Origin: Thermodesulfobacteriota bacterium
Lineage (GTDB): Bacteria > Desulfobacterota_D > UBA1144 > Nemesobacterales > Mycalebacteriaceae
NCBI GenBank assembly: GCA_965198945.1
Contig: CBDAQI010000004.1
Span: forward strand, 64,001 to 128,000
Direction of reading: 5' to 3'
Length of the DNA stretch: 64,000 nt
Shown here: one piece after another, positions 1-9,169 of the stretch
Layout of the letters: every line of letters starts with the position of its first letter
How positions within the stretch are numbered: position 1 is the stretch's first letter
The notes under the pieces: generated by a model
Databases searched by the model: none
What the model saw: the letters and a program-made list of their open reading frames with translations, nothing else
Told to the model about the DNA's origin: nothing
Program-made: the position numbers and the translations under genes

Positions 1-2
1 AA

Positions 3-1124
3 CAGACTGCTCCAGGAACCGAACTTGAATCTTATTACTTTGATTACATCTACGAGGAAATTACTGCATGTATTTTGGGGCGTGATGCGGAAAGAGATGA
101 ATACTTGAATACGGACAAATTTGAAAGGGTTGGGCGCAAAACTACCTTGAAGAGAAAAGCGAGAGAAAAAATCTGGTCTCTCTACAGCACTTGGAGGACA
201 AAGATGCATGAAGAAAAAGTGTTTTCTTTTGAAAAACTACGTTTGTCTGCGATGAGATATTTAGAGTCGGGCAGCGCTTTCAAGGAGCCGCCTTATAGAG
301 CCGTAATTGTAGATGAAGCTCAGGATATGACTTTGGTTGGTATGAAATTATTAAGAGCATTGGTTGCCGGAAAGCCAACAAATCCAATACCGATAGACAG
401 ATTTGTAGCAATTGATGATATGGCTCAACAGATTTATCCGGGCGGGTTTCGTTATTCCTGGTCAGAGGTAGGGTTTGATAATCTGCAATCAATCATACCG
501 TTGCCGGGCAACTACAGAAATAGCCGCGCCATTTTTAATGCGGCTCAAAAAGTGCGGGGCAGGAATTTACTTGTGACAGAAAGTGATCAGGATGAAAAAG
601 CGTCTTTTCCGGAATCTGTTCGTGAGGATGGAGAAATGCCGATTTTTTTCAGAGTGGAAAAAGGACAAGAATATGTGAAGGTTTTAGAGCAACTGAATAA
701 ATTGAAAGAACAAGGATTTAAGGAAGAAGAAATTGCAATACTTTCGCACAGACGAAATTATGTTTACAGATTGCAGGAATTTTTGGAAAAAGAAGGTATA
801 AATTGCCGGCGCTTTTCACATGAGGCATTAGTTGGAAAAAACGACGAGCCGATAAGGAAGGATAGTGTATTGATTACGACCTTTGACAGTGCAAAGGGGT
901 TGGAATTTCGTGCTGTAATTATTCCCAGGATTGGAAAGTCAAGATTTCCACATACAATACGGTCGACTGAAGAAGAATTTTTACAATTAGAGATTGATCG
1001 TTTGTATGTTGCTATGACGCGCCCAACTGAACGCCTTATCTTAATTGCTGATGAAGAGCCATGCGAAGCAATTATGAGCGCGCAAGATGCATTTGACGGG
1101 AATTTGTGGCAACCAAGACTATAG
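3..1124 (+). CDS. UvrD/SF1 helicase C-terminal part (5' end outside window)
   Basis: Frame open from base 3; motifs VIVDEAQD, GNYRNS, TFDSAKGLEF, LYVAMTR typical of UvrD-like helicases. Confidence 0.85.
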   Translation, partial: QTAPGTELESYYFDYIYEEITACILGRDAERDEYLNTDKFERVGRKTTLKRKAREKIWSLYSTWRTKMHEEKVFSFEKLRLSAMRYLESGSAFKEPPYRAVIVDEAQDMTLVGMKLLRALVAGKPTNPIPIDRFVAIDDMAQQIYPGGFRYSWSEVGFDNLQSIIPLPGNYRNSRAIFNAAQKVRGRNLLVTESDQDEKASFPESVREDGEMPIFFRVEKGQEYVKVLEQLNKLKEQGFKEEEIAILSHRRNYVYRLQEFLEKEGINCRRFSHEALVGKNDEPIRKDSVLITTFDSAKGLEFRAVIIPRIGKSRFPHTIRSTEEEFLQLEIDRLYVAMTRPTERLILIADEEPCEAIMSAQDAFDGNLWQPRL

Positions 1125-1190
1125 TCTCTCTGAGTGCTTCTCAGTTTTGCAAAGTGCTTTCCGGGTTTATCTGTATTCTTATAAAGTATA

Positions 1191-1377
1191 ATCGGCGAGC
1201 TTGCCGCTCAAACCGGCGATATGGCACTGGACAAAACAGGCTTTGCTGAACCCCTCCGAGGTAGCACAGTCCGGTTATAGACTCTATGCCGCCGATGCCG
1301 CAAAAACTGTAAAGGAGATACACAAACTACAAAAGGAACGCTGGAGAATCAGCGATATTAAAAAAATGTTGGATTGA
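1191..1377 (+). pseudogene. MerR-family HTH remnant
   Basis: Manual translation IGELAAQTG / (frameshift) HWTKQALLNPSEVAQSGYRLY...WRISDIKKMLD*; no start codon and an internal deletion. Confidence 0.6.
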
Positions 1378-1431
1378 GGTGTGGTCTTTACTGTTTGCTC
1401 TTCCAGGACTTTTCAGTTTGAGAAAGGCTTG

Positions 1432-1536
1432 AAATTAGGTGTACACAATACTTCATTCATCTGAACCTCCAAGCATTGCGTTGTTTTCCACCGATTGCCA
1501 TACTGCCTGACGAGTGCAATACTTGTGTCCCCTGAC
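1432..1536. repeat. ~105-bp REP/MITE-like element, copy 1
   Basis: Aligns by eye with 2924-3032; imperfect terminal inverted repeats GGTGTACACAAT...TTGTGTCCCC. Confidence 0.75.
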
Positions 1537-1538
1537 TG

Positions 1539-2360
1539 CTACTTTTCCACCCTCCCAATGTCCGTTGTGCTTCCGTCCGGGTGCAGTTTCATTATGGTGT
1601 CGTTTCTAACCACAATCGCGTCATAGCCAAGTTTCCGTTTCCGTTCCAGTTCCTTTTTGATTGCTCTCTGGTGGATTTTCCAGACCGTTTCAATATCAAC
1701 ACTGCCGATGTCAATTTTTTTCCCCTTTGTGGATTTTGCTTCGTCCATCTCGTAGGCACTTTCCGCTTCTTTCAATTTCGTCTTTTTCATCTCCGCCTCC
1801 TTTCTAATTTTGTTATACAGCTTTTGGTTTACGATGACAACTTCTTTGCGGCACTGCGTGAATATGGGCTCTCTTTCGGGGTCGGAACTGTCAAGACACT
1901 TCACCTCACTGCAAACCGGAGCGTAAATGAAAAGGTTTCGCAGTGTTTTGCCATAGCGTCTGCGTATATCCTTCTCAGGCACATTATGCCCGCCTTGCTT
2001 TACACGTTGCTTTACTCTGTTCAGAGAGGTTTCCGCGCTTGGTATCCACAGGTAAATAAGATTGACGCGCCAGCCGTCTTTCAGCATGCGGCTTACTCTT
2101 GCCAGGTGCGCCGTGCCAGAAAGGGTCGTCTCAAACGCAAAATTTTCTCTTTTCTCAATGCACTCCTCAACCTTTTGCAAGAAGATTTTTCCAGCCTCAA
2201 TCAGGTTTTTCCCGTCCTCTCCAAGCGGCGACAGAGCTGTTGCTATCATATCGGCGTTCAGAAAAATCTTGCAGTTGGTTTCCGGAAGAAACTCCATCGC
2301 AAAAGTGGTTTTCCCCGCCCCGTTTGGTCCCGCTATGATTGTGCAAACCGGTTGATTCAC
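1539..2360 (-). CDS. Zeta-toxin-like / AAA_33 P-loop NTPase with fused C-terminal ~83-aa domain
   Basis: IAGPNGAGKTT, NADMIA, FAFETTLSG, RVKQGGHNVP motifs. Confidence 0.85.
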   Translation of the reverse strand: MNQPVCTIIAGPNGAGKTTFAMEFLPETNCKIFLNADMIATALSPLGEDGKNLIEAGKIFLQKVEECIEKRENFAFETTLSGTAHLARVSRMLKDGWRVNLIYLWIPSAETSLNRVKQRVKQGGHNVPEKDIRRRYGKTLRNLFIYAPVCSEVKCLDSSDPEREPIFTQCRKEVVIVNQKLYNKIRKEAEMKKTKLKEAESAYEMDEAKSTKGKKIDIGSVDIETVWKIHQRAIKKELERKRKLGYDAIVVRNDTIMKLHPDGSTTDIGRVEK

Positions 2361-2395
2361 TTCGGGATTATAACACTTCGTGTATGATGCTTATT

Positions 2396-2914
2396 ATGAA
2401 CAGTTTTGTCTCCATAGATGTTGAAACCGCCAACCACAGGCGGGGCAGCATCTGCCAAATCGGTGTTGTTGAGGTTCGCCGTGGTGTTTTTACCGATGAG
2501 TGGTCAACGCTTGTTAATCCCGAAGACGATTTTGATGAACGCAATATCAGGATTCACGGCATCTGTTCGGAAGATGTTGCCTCCGCGCCGAATTTTGCGG
2601 ATGTTTCAGGCGTCCTCCGTGCGAAACTCCGAAACCGCATTGTTATAAGCCACACTTTTTTTGACCTTCAGTCGGTAAAAGACGCCAAAAGAAGATACGG
2701 AATTGGGCCCATTGAGTTTCGGGACTGGCTGGACAGCAGAGAATTTGCTTACAAAGCCTTTGACTTGCGAAACGGCTCTTCTCTAAAGACTCTCTGCCGG
2801 GAACTCGGCATTTCATTTAATCACCATAATGCTCTGTCTGATGCAAGAGCGTGTGCCCAAATTGTTATCAGGGCTTGCGAATGCGTAAATTTTTCCGTTG
2901 CGGAATTTGTTTGA
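2396..2914 (+). CDS. DEDDh 3'-5' exonuclease (DnaQ/Pol III epsilon-like)
   Basis: IDVETAN, SHTFFD, HHNALSDA motifs; start chosen at MNSFVSID. Confidence 0.85.
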   Translation: MNSFVSIDVETANHRRGSICQIGVVEVRRGVFTDEWSTLVNPEDDFDERNIRIHGICSEDVASAPNFADVSGVLRAKLRNRIVISHTFFDLQSVKDAKRRYGIGPIEFRDWLDSREFAYKAFDLRNGSSLKTLCRELGISFNHHNALSDARACAQIVIRACECVNFSVAEFV

Positions 2915-2923
2915 AATCAGGGA

Positions 2924-3032
2924 AAATTATGGGGGACACAATGTTTGATTCATCTCAACCCCAAGTATTTCGTTGTTTTCCCCGCCGGTTTTGACACTGT
3001 TTAGTGAGTGCAATAATTGTGTTCCCCCTGAC
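2924..3032. repeat. ~105-bp REP/MITE-like element, copy 2
   Basis: GGGGGACACAAT...ATTGTGTTCCCCC inverted ends; shares ATTCATCT, CGTTGTTTTCC, GAGTGCAATA blocks with copy 1. Confidence 0.75.
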
Positions 3033-3101
3033 CCCCTCACTCTCAACCTTCAATCTCCATGGTGTTTGCGTCTGGGGGAATTTTTATTATGGTGACATTT
3101 C

Positions 3102-3548
3102 TTATAGCAGAGGATTCCGTGTTTTCAATTTAGGGAAGAGCGAGAAGTCACGGTCGCAGGTGAGCAATTCTTCAACACCGTGGGCAACACATATAGCCGC
3201 TATTCGCGCATCATGAACAACTGCTCCGCGCACTTTTGGATGCCTGGCAAAACCACTCAGGATTTTCAGAAAATTTTCCGTTTCACCAATAAGACTGACT
3301 GATGGCAAATTTATCCAGTTTTCAAGCTGTTTCCACGCCTGTTCATTAGTAGCTGCTTTGCTTTTCCATATACGGCGATTTGTTACCACATTCATAAACT
3401 CATAACAGCAGGGCCATGGAATTGCCCAGTATTTGTTGTCTCTTGCGAGTGTATTCAACAATTCAAAAGCATCGGAATGTTTAGGCTCGTCCTTCCTGTG
3501 AGCATAAACAAGCAGATTGGTGTCAACAGCAATCAACTTCGACGCCAA
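3102..3548 (-). CDS. vapC: VapC-family PIN-domain toxin
   Basis: IAVDTNLLVYA, VHDARIAAIC, LTCDRDF PIN motifs; overlaps upstream antitoxin. Confidence 0.9.
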   Translation of the reverse strand: MASKLIAVDTNLLVYAHRKDEPKHSDAFELLNTLARDNKYWAIPWPCCYEFMNVVTNRRIWKSKAATNEQAWKQLENWINLPSVSLIGETENFLKILSGFARHPKVRGAVVHDARIAAICVAHGVEELLTCDRDFSLFPKLKTRNPLL

Positions 3549-3787
3549 TCCTCGTAAATCATTTCACGAATCTCTTCCCAAGAAAGGTTTTCAAGCGGAC
3601 TGGAGTCGCTAGGGTCTCCCGTGCATAGATTAGGATTCAGTTTATAAGATTTTTTGGTGGGAAGCTGCGCGGAAAGTTCCTTGCGCAACCCTTCCTCAAC
3701 CACCGAGCGCAGAGAACGTCCGGTTTTCTTCGCATTACGTTTTGCCCGAATCAGCAATTCATCATTAATATCAATTGTCGTCTTCAT
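3533..3787 (-). CDS. vapB: VapB-type RHH antitoxin (DUF2191-like)
   Basis: MKTTIDINDELL...SLRSVVEEGLR; directly upstream of PIN gene. Confidence 0.85.
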   Translation of the reverse strand: MKTTIDINDELLIRAKRNAKKTGRSLRSVVEEGLRKELSAQLPTKKSYKLNPNLCTGDPSDSSPLENLSWEEIREMIYEDWRRS

Positions 3788-3800
3788 ATTCCCATACTAC

Positions 3801-3818
3801 CCATATCAGTGAATATGG
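3801..3818. promoter_or_regulatory. Putative vapBC autoregulatory operator
   Basis: Inverted repeat CCATAT-N6-ATATGG 14 nt upstream of vapB start. Confidence 0.4.
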
Positions 3819-4080
3819 ACAAGCAATACCTTTTTGGAAATCCGTTTATATAATTGTAATTCTTTTGATTTGTGGAACCGGAGTGTGCTTGCCTGCGGGG
3901 ATGGCGATGAGGAGGACAGGGCTTTTATGCGCGACTTCTGGGTCAATTCGGGCTGCTATTTTCTTTGTGCCGGTTTCCACGGAGTTCCCGTCCGCCGAGA
4001 GCACAAAAAGTCATAACTTTACGGTGTCTTTGGATGGCCACATTGCTGATAAACAACCTAAAATTTGAGATAAATAATGT

Positions 4081-4788
4081 TTATGTGGAGTTTTTATTCT
4101 GTTGATTTCCAACAGGCCTCTTTGCTTCTTCTGCCAAATACATCTTCCCGCACTCATTACAGTAAAAATACCATTCGTAATAATACTTTTGTTTAGGCTT
4201 CAATTTCTTTCTTTCCGGTTTTTTCTTAATCATTGGTTTGGAGCAATGTCGGCACACCTTTTCTATTTTCGGAAGATTAGTTTTTCTTTCCACTTTTTTT
4301 CGGGGCGGAATTCCTGTTTTGCTCGCGTGTGATTTTTCATAGCCTTCGTCAACCTGCAAGTTTGCCGATTTGCATGCCTCAACGGCGAGTTGATCACACC
4401 TCTCGTTTTCCTCTATGCCCCGATGGCCGGGAACCCATTTAAAATTCACATTGTGTTTCCGGTGGACGGATAGAAAGCGTTTCCAAAGATCAGTATTTTT
4501 CACTTTTTCCCAATTTTTTTTCTTCCAACCTGCTATCCAATTCTGATTGACGGCATCAACCACATATTTTGAATCGCTGTAAATAGTTATGTCCAACGGG
4601 GATTCTTTCAGCGTCTCAAGGCCCGCAATGACGGCAAGCAGTTCCATACGACTGTTTGTTGTGAACCGGAAACCCCGCGAAAGCTCCTTTCTGTTTTCAC
4701 CGCTTATCAGAACAACTCCGTAGCCTCCGGGCCCGGGATTTGGTTCGGCGGCGCCGTCCGTATATATGACAACCTTTTTCTTGCTCAT
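4081..4788 (-). CDS. rnhA: Ribonuclease HI with C-terminal Zn-ribbon extension
   Basis: IYTDGA, TNSRMEL, SDSKYV, WVPGHRG, NERCD; extra basic tail with CRHC...CNEC. Confidence 0.92.
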   Translation of the reverse strand: MSKKKVVIYTDGAAEPNPGPGGYGVVLISGENRKELSRGFRFTTNSRMELLAVIAGLETLKESPLDITIYSDSKYVVDAVNQNWIAGWKKKNWEKVKNTDLWKRFLSVHRKHNVNFKWVPGHRGIEENERCDQLAVEACKSANLQVDEGYEKSHASKTGIPPRKKVERKTNLPKIEKVCRHCSKPMIKKKPERKKLKPKQKYYYEWYFYCNECGKMYLAEEAKRPVGNQQNKNST

Positions 4789-5112
4789 TTCAGAAGGCTA
4801 ACCTATCTTATTGTTTGCCGCTCTGCCCGCATTCAAAATCGGTTTGGATTTTACAGTTTACACTTGTGCGGCTGAGTGTATCGTTGCTTTCAATAACAAA
4901 CTTCCGCCCTCGCCATAGAATTTTTTGAAACCGCCAACTGCAAAAAAGGGGCCGAATCTGCCAAATCCGGGCTGTTGAGATTCGCGGGAGTATTTCTACT
5001 GATGAGCGCGTACCCTTTATCCGTCTTTAAGTGAGAATGAAATGGCAATTAAAATAAATCCCGTTTTTTTCCAAACTGCTCTTCGCTTAAACATGCATCG
5101 GAGCGGCGGATT

Positions 5113-5832
5113 TTATTCCCAAATGCGGCTTTTTTGTATTCGCTTTTTGTTCTCTATAAAACTTCTCTGCAGGTTGCTCCAAATATTTATGCCGGCATAC
5201 TGTTCAATCCTCTTGGTTGAAACAAGAAATGATTCAAGGGGATTTTTGCGGGGTTCGTTGGGTATGATGAAAGACCACATATCCAAATCTCCTTCTTTGT
5301 TTTCAGTGAGTACTGACTTAAAGAATGCGTTGGGTATGGGAAGACTGATGCAATTGTCATCACCTGTGCCGATAAATGTTGTGGCCACATCAAAATAGAA
5401 AATAGGCCCCGAAATAACATATGTTTCAAGTATTTCGGGTCTCGCATCCAAATCCCTTACGGCATTTTCAAGCTGCGCCCAGATGCCGCTGTTAAACTTG
5501 TGAACCTGAGGACACATATTTGAAAGCAGAAAAGTTTCACTGTTTTGAAGTTCAAACTCCTGTTGGTCGGCGCTTGCAACCAGATGTCCTCTGTCATAAC
5601 CTGAACCTTTATAGTCAACAAGGTCAGCCCGGAACATTTCGGGTATCCTGTAATCTGTGCGGAAATTATCAGCCCGTTTAGCCCTCATATGGCTTGAGTC
5701 AATAATCTCAAGCGCCCACTTGGCTTGACGAAAATAGTATGAATAGCCAAGCACATAATGGCGTTTGAACACAACCTGATCGGCGGCCGGTATGCCGTAG
5801 CGAATTTCGCGTCTTCCACTCTGTATTTCCAT
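5113..5832 (-). CDS. DNA/RNA non-specific endonuclease (NucA/EndoG family)
   Basis: YDRGHL, FLLSNMCPQ, FNSGIWAQLE motifs; no signal peptide. Confidence 0.9.
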   Translation of the reverse strand: MEIQSGRREIRYGIPAADQVVFKRHYVLGYSYYFRQAKWALEIIDSSHMRAKRADNFRTDYRIPEMFRADLVDYKGSGYDRGHLVASADQQEFELQNSETFLLSNMCPQVHKFNSGIWAQLENAVRDLDARPEILETYVISGPIFYFDVATTFIGTGDDNCISLPIPNAFFKSVLTENKEGDLDMWSFIIPNEPRKNPLESFLVSTKRIEQYAGINIWSNLQRSFIENKKRIQKSRIWE

Positions 5833-5963
5833 TTTTTCGTCCTTCCGTGATTTTATCCCGACATCTATTACACAAAGGTTCGGGCGAGAATATAATCATT
5901 TTACCTCCTTATCAGGCTCCATTATAATTTGTTTTATAAATTCTACTTTGTATTAAAAAGCAG

Positions 5964-6314
5964 ATGGCTGTTCAAAAAAGCAAAAGCTGTTTTGGTGCAA
6001 ACGGTGAACCGCTTACCGAATACGGTTCCCGAAGCGAAGCGCGTGAGGGCGCGGATTATGCAAAATTCCATTTTGGCAATGAAAGCCTGGTGCCTTACAT
6101 TTGCGAGATTTGCGGCTGTTTTCATATCGGACCCAAAGACCGTGCTCCAAGTAAAACATGTCCGGATTGCACAGGATCCGAAGGCGAAAACAAGGATATC
6201 TATCAAACTGAACCCGAAGCGCAAAGAATGGTAAAAATCAAAATGAAAAAGGGAAAATATTTGAGCGCCTATCCCTGCCCGGTTGGCAATGGATGGCATT
6301 TGACCAAAAAATAG
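5964..6314 (+). CDS. Small Cys/His-rich protein with two tandem putative Zn-binding repeats
   Basis: Repeats Y..R.EA...YICEICGCFHI and Y..E.EA...YPCPVGNGWHL. Confidence 0.7.
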   Translation: MAVQKSKSCFGANGEPLTEYGSRSEAREGADYAKFHFGNESLVPYICEICGCFHIGPKDRAPSKTCPDCTGSEGENKDIYQTEPEAQRMVKIKMKKGKYLSAYPCPVGNGWHLTKK

Positions 6315-6352
6315 AGACCGTTTTAACTTGAGTTATGCTTTCCTTTTCTCCT

Positions 6353-6381
6353 TTGACACTTTCAATGATTGTTTATACACT
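6353..6381 (+). promoter_or_regulatory. sigma70 promoter of tRNA-Ile
   Basis: TTGACA-17 nt-TACACT ending 13 nt before the tRNA. Confidence 0.7.
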
Positions 6382-6394
6382 TGGCTTTTCGCGC

Positions 6395-6469
<75 letters not shown>

Positions 6470-6536
6470 AGACAAACGAACGTCAGTCTGATTTTGCGCA
6501 GACGGCACCCGCTTCCAAACCTTGAGACCCGCTTAC

Positions 6537-7552
6537 TTACGCGCTTATTATTATCTTCAGCGTTTTTTCCTTTGCCGCATTGCCGAAGGTGTCATATGCC
6601 GCCATCATCTCCTTCAGTTTGAAATGATGGGTTACAAGATTCTCCGGTTTAAGCCTGCCTGCCTGTGCAACCTTGAGCAGCATGGACGTGGTCTCCGTGT
6701 CCACAAGACGTGTCATCAGCCTGATGTTGTGACACCATAGACGTTCCATATCAAATGTGACAGGTTGGCCGTGAACACCCACATTGGCGTCTGACAGACA
6801 TCAAAGGTGTCAGGCACACCGACCGCCTCAACGGACACATCAACACCCTCACCGTCAGTCATTTTCATTATCTCATTCACAGCTTCTCCTTTGGAATTGT
6901 CAATGGTTGTGGTTGCTCCCAGTTTTTTTGCAACTTTCAGGCGGTTCTTGTCCACATCAACTGCGATTATATGTGCCGGCGCATAGAATTGCGCGGTCAA
7001 TATGGTGGCAAGTCCGACTGGGCCGGCTCCCACAACCGCAACCGTATCACCCGGTGAGACACCTCCGTTGAGAACTCCGCACTCAAAGCCGGTTGGGAGT
7101 ATGTCACTCATCATTACAAGCCCTTCCTCGCTAATCCCGCTTGGAGCGTGATAGAGGCTTGTGTCTGCAAACGGGGTCCTGACGTATTCGGCCTGGGTGC
7201 CGTCAATCAGATGACCAAGTATCCATCCTCCGCCGCTTGAGCAGTGGGAATACATTTTGTTTTTGCACCGGTCGCACTTTCCGCACGAAGTGATGCATGA
7301 AATCAGAACCTTGTCTCCGACCTTGAAGTTTGAGACAGCATCTCCAACCTCCCTTACAATCCCGACCCCTTCATGACCGAGTATGCGTCCCTGAGCCACA
7401 GTTGGCACGTCCCCTTTCATTATGTGCAGGTCCGTGCCGCAGATAGTAGTTTTGGTAATCCGGACTATGGCATCAGTTGGCTCCTGAATGGTTGGCGCGG
7501 GAACCGTTTTCCAGGTTCGGTCGCCCGGACCATTGTAAACCAAAGCTTTCAT
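6537..7552 (-). pseudogene. Zn-dependent alcohol dehydrogenase, frameshifted by an internal deletion near 6790
   Basis: ICGTDLH, GHEGVG, CxxCxxC motifs; after FDVCQ the ~8-residue segment is missing and ANVGVHGQP continues in another frame. Confidence 0.75.
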
Positions 7553-7783
7553 ATTGAACCCTCCTTCAAATAAAGACTGTTTTAATGTAGGTATAAAAGA
7601 CTATAAAAGTCAACTTCTTTTTCAGTTGTTGTTACGCTTTTCCGCTTTTTTGACACGAGACCGTATTGATATAGATTTGAGGTCTTGGCGGAAACAGGCT
7701 GATACCGGTTATCTTGTTACTGATAAGAAAGAGGTTAATGGTTCAAGTAAGTTTGGGTCCGTGAAAATATTTGCCGTAAGATC

Positions 7784-7856
7784 GGGGGTGTAGCTCAGTT
7801 GGGAGAGCGCCGGCTTTGCAAGCCGGAGGTCGGCGGTTCGAGCCCGCTCACCTCCA
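7784..7856 (+). tRNA. tRNA-Ala(TGC)
   Basis: GGGGGTG stem, CCGGC-TTTGCAA-GCCGG anticodon arm, GGTTCGAG T loop. Confidence 0.97.
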
Positions 7857-8058
7857 TGCAAAATATTCCGCAACGGGGTGCGGAAAATGATAATGTCCGT
7901 TTTTTGTGTAGTGAAGGAGAGAAAACATACAGTCTCTTTCTTCTCTGGTTGAAAGAACAGGCCCGACGGATTTTGTTTTCAGACGGTAAGACCAAACTCA
8001 AAAGAAAAAAACAAAACCCTCAATTTTCAGTTATTTTTACCCTGTGAACGGTAAAACA

Positions 8059-8134
8059 GGGGCCGTAGCTCAATTGGGAGAGCGCATCAATGGCATTGAT
8101 GAGGTAGTGGGTTCGAATCCCATCGGCTCCACCA
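8059..8134 (+). tRNA. tRNA-Ala(GGC)
   Basis: GGGGCCG stem, CATCA-ATGGCAT-TGATG anticodon arm, ends ACCA. Confidence 0.96.
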
Positions 8135-9167
8135 CAACCCTTTTTCCGTTTTTCCACTTTGTGACAACCATTGTGTGTCCGGTCTGTCTTCCGTCTGTGT
8201 CTGTGCAAAACTTTCCATAAAAAGTCGTAAAATCCAGTTTTTTCGCTGTTTCCCGCAAGAGTTTGTCGTTCGTGTTTTGGCTTTCAGACACACATTTCTG
8301 AACTATTAAACCAATGTTAAAAGCCTGAGCGGCGGGGTAGTCAGGGGGGCGGCCGTATTCCCTGCGGAATATTTCCGCAAAATCAAAAGACGAAGGACCA
8401 AAATCCGGTTTTTCAAATTCCGTATTATCTTCCTCCCACTGGCTCACCGAAAAAACACCTTCGCTCTTCTCGCCGAGGTGCCGGACAAAATCCTCCACGC
8501 CCGCGGCGACAAAACATAAAAACCCCGGTCTTTTCTTCATTGATAAGACCTTTGCGGCAAGGGCGATGTCGTCTTCCATTCTGCCGCAAGAAAGTAGCGC
8601 TCCTCCGCCTGTTTCCAGTTCGCGCAAAACGGTCTCAAAGTCTGCGGTTCCCGAAAAGTATTCAAAACGGCAAACATTCATTCCCAACTCCCATGCGCGT
8701 TTTTCCGCCCCATCCGCCACGCTTTTTGAAAAACCGCTGTCGTGAGCATTTGCCATTACAATTTTTTTCCCTCCGCTCCGTTTTAGTATTTCAAGAACCG
8801 TTATGAAATAACGGCTCGCGGGAGTTATTGCGTTTACGGTGTTTTCATACCCGCTGATTTCATCAGCCGCTCCGCCGTGATTCCACAGAGTGCGCTTGCG
8901 GGAAAGCGCAGCCTTTGCCGCGGCAACGGTGAGACCGCTTGAATAAGGACCCAAAACAATGTCAACCGTTCGGTCGGCACAAAATTTTTCGGTTATAAAA
9001 GCCGCCTTTTCAGGCGAACTTTCATCATCTTCAATTACGACCTCCATGCGCCCGGCTCCGCGCAGGTCTGAGTATTTTCCCCAGAGTAAAATCCCGTCGC
9101 GGGCTTTTACTCCGAGCGGTGAGAACCTTCCTGTCAAACTGAGCGGGATTGCGGCTTTAAGAAACAA
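8070..9167 (-). CDS. LivJ-like amino-acid ABC transporter substrate-binding protein
   Basis: LSLTGRFS..G, EDDESSP, VLGPYSS, TTFYGKF motifs; lacks signal peptide; 3' end overlaps tRNA-Ala antisense. Confidence 0.8.
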   Translation of the reverse strand: MFLKAAIPLSLTGRFSPLGVKARDGILLWGKYSDLRGAGRMEVVIEDDESSPEKAAFITEKFCADRTVDIVLGPYSSGLTVAAAKAALSRKRTLWNHGGAADEISGYENTVNAITPASRYFITVLEILKRSGGKKIVMANAHDSGFSKSVADGAEKRAWELGMNVCRFEYFSGTADFETVLRELETGGGALLSCGRMEDDIALAAKVLSMKKRPGFLCFVAAGVEDFVRHLGEKSEGVFSVSQWEEDNTEFEKPDFGPSSFDFAEIFRREYGRPPDYPAAQAFNIGLIVQKCVSESQNTNDKLLRETAKKLDFTTFYGKFCTDTDGRQTGHTMVVTKWKNGKRVVVEPMGFEPTTSSMPLMRSPN

Positions 9168-9169
9168 TT

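Noticed and set aside
1581..2387. 268-aa ORF antisense to the zeta-like NTPase
   Set aside because: Shadow ORF: Phe/Leu-rich mirror of the real gene with no motifs
3775..4068. Short ORFs between vapB and rnhA
   Set aside because: No RBS or recognisable motif; cannot be supported as genes
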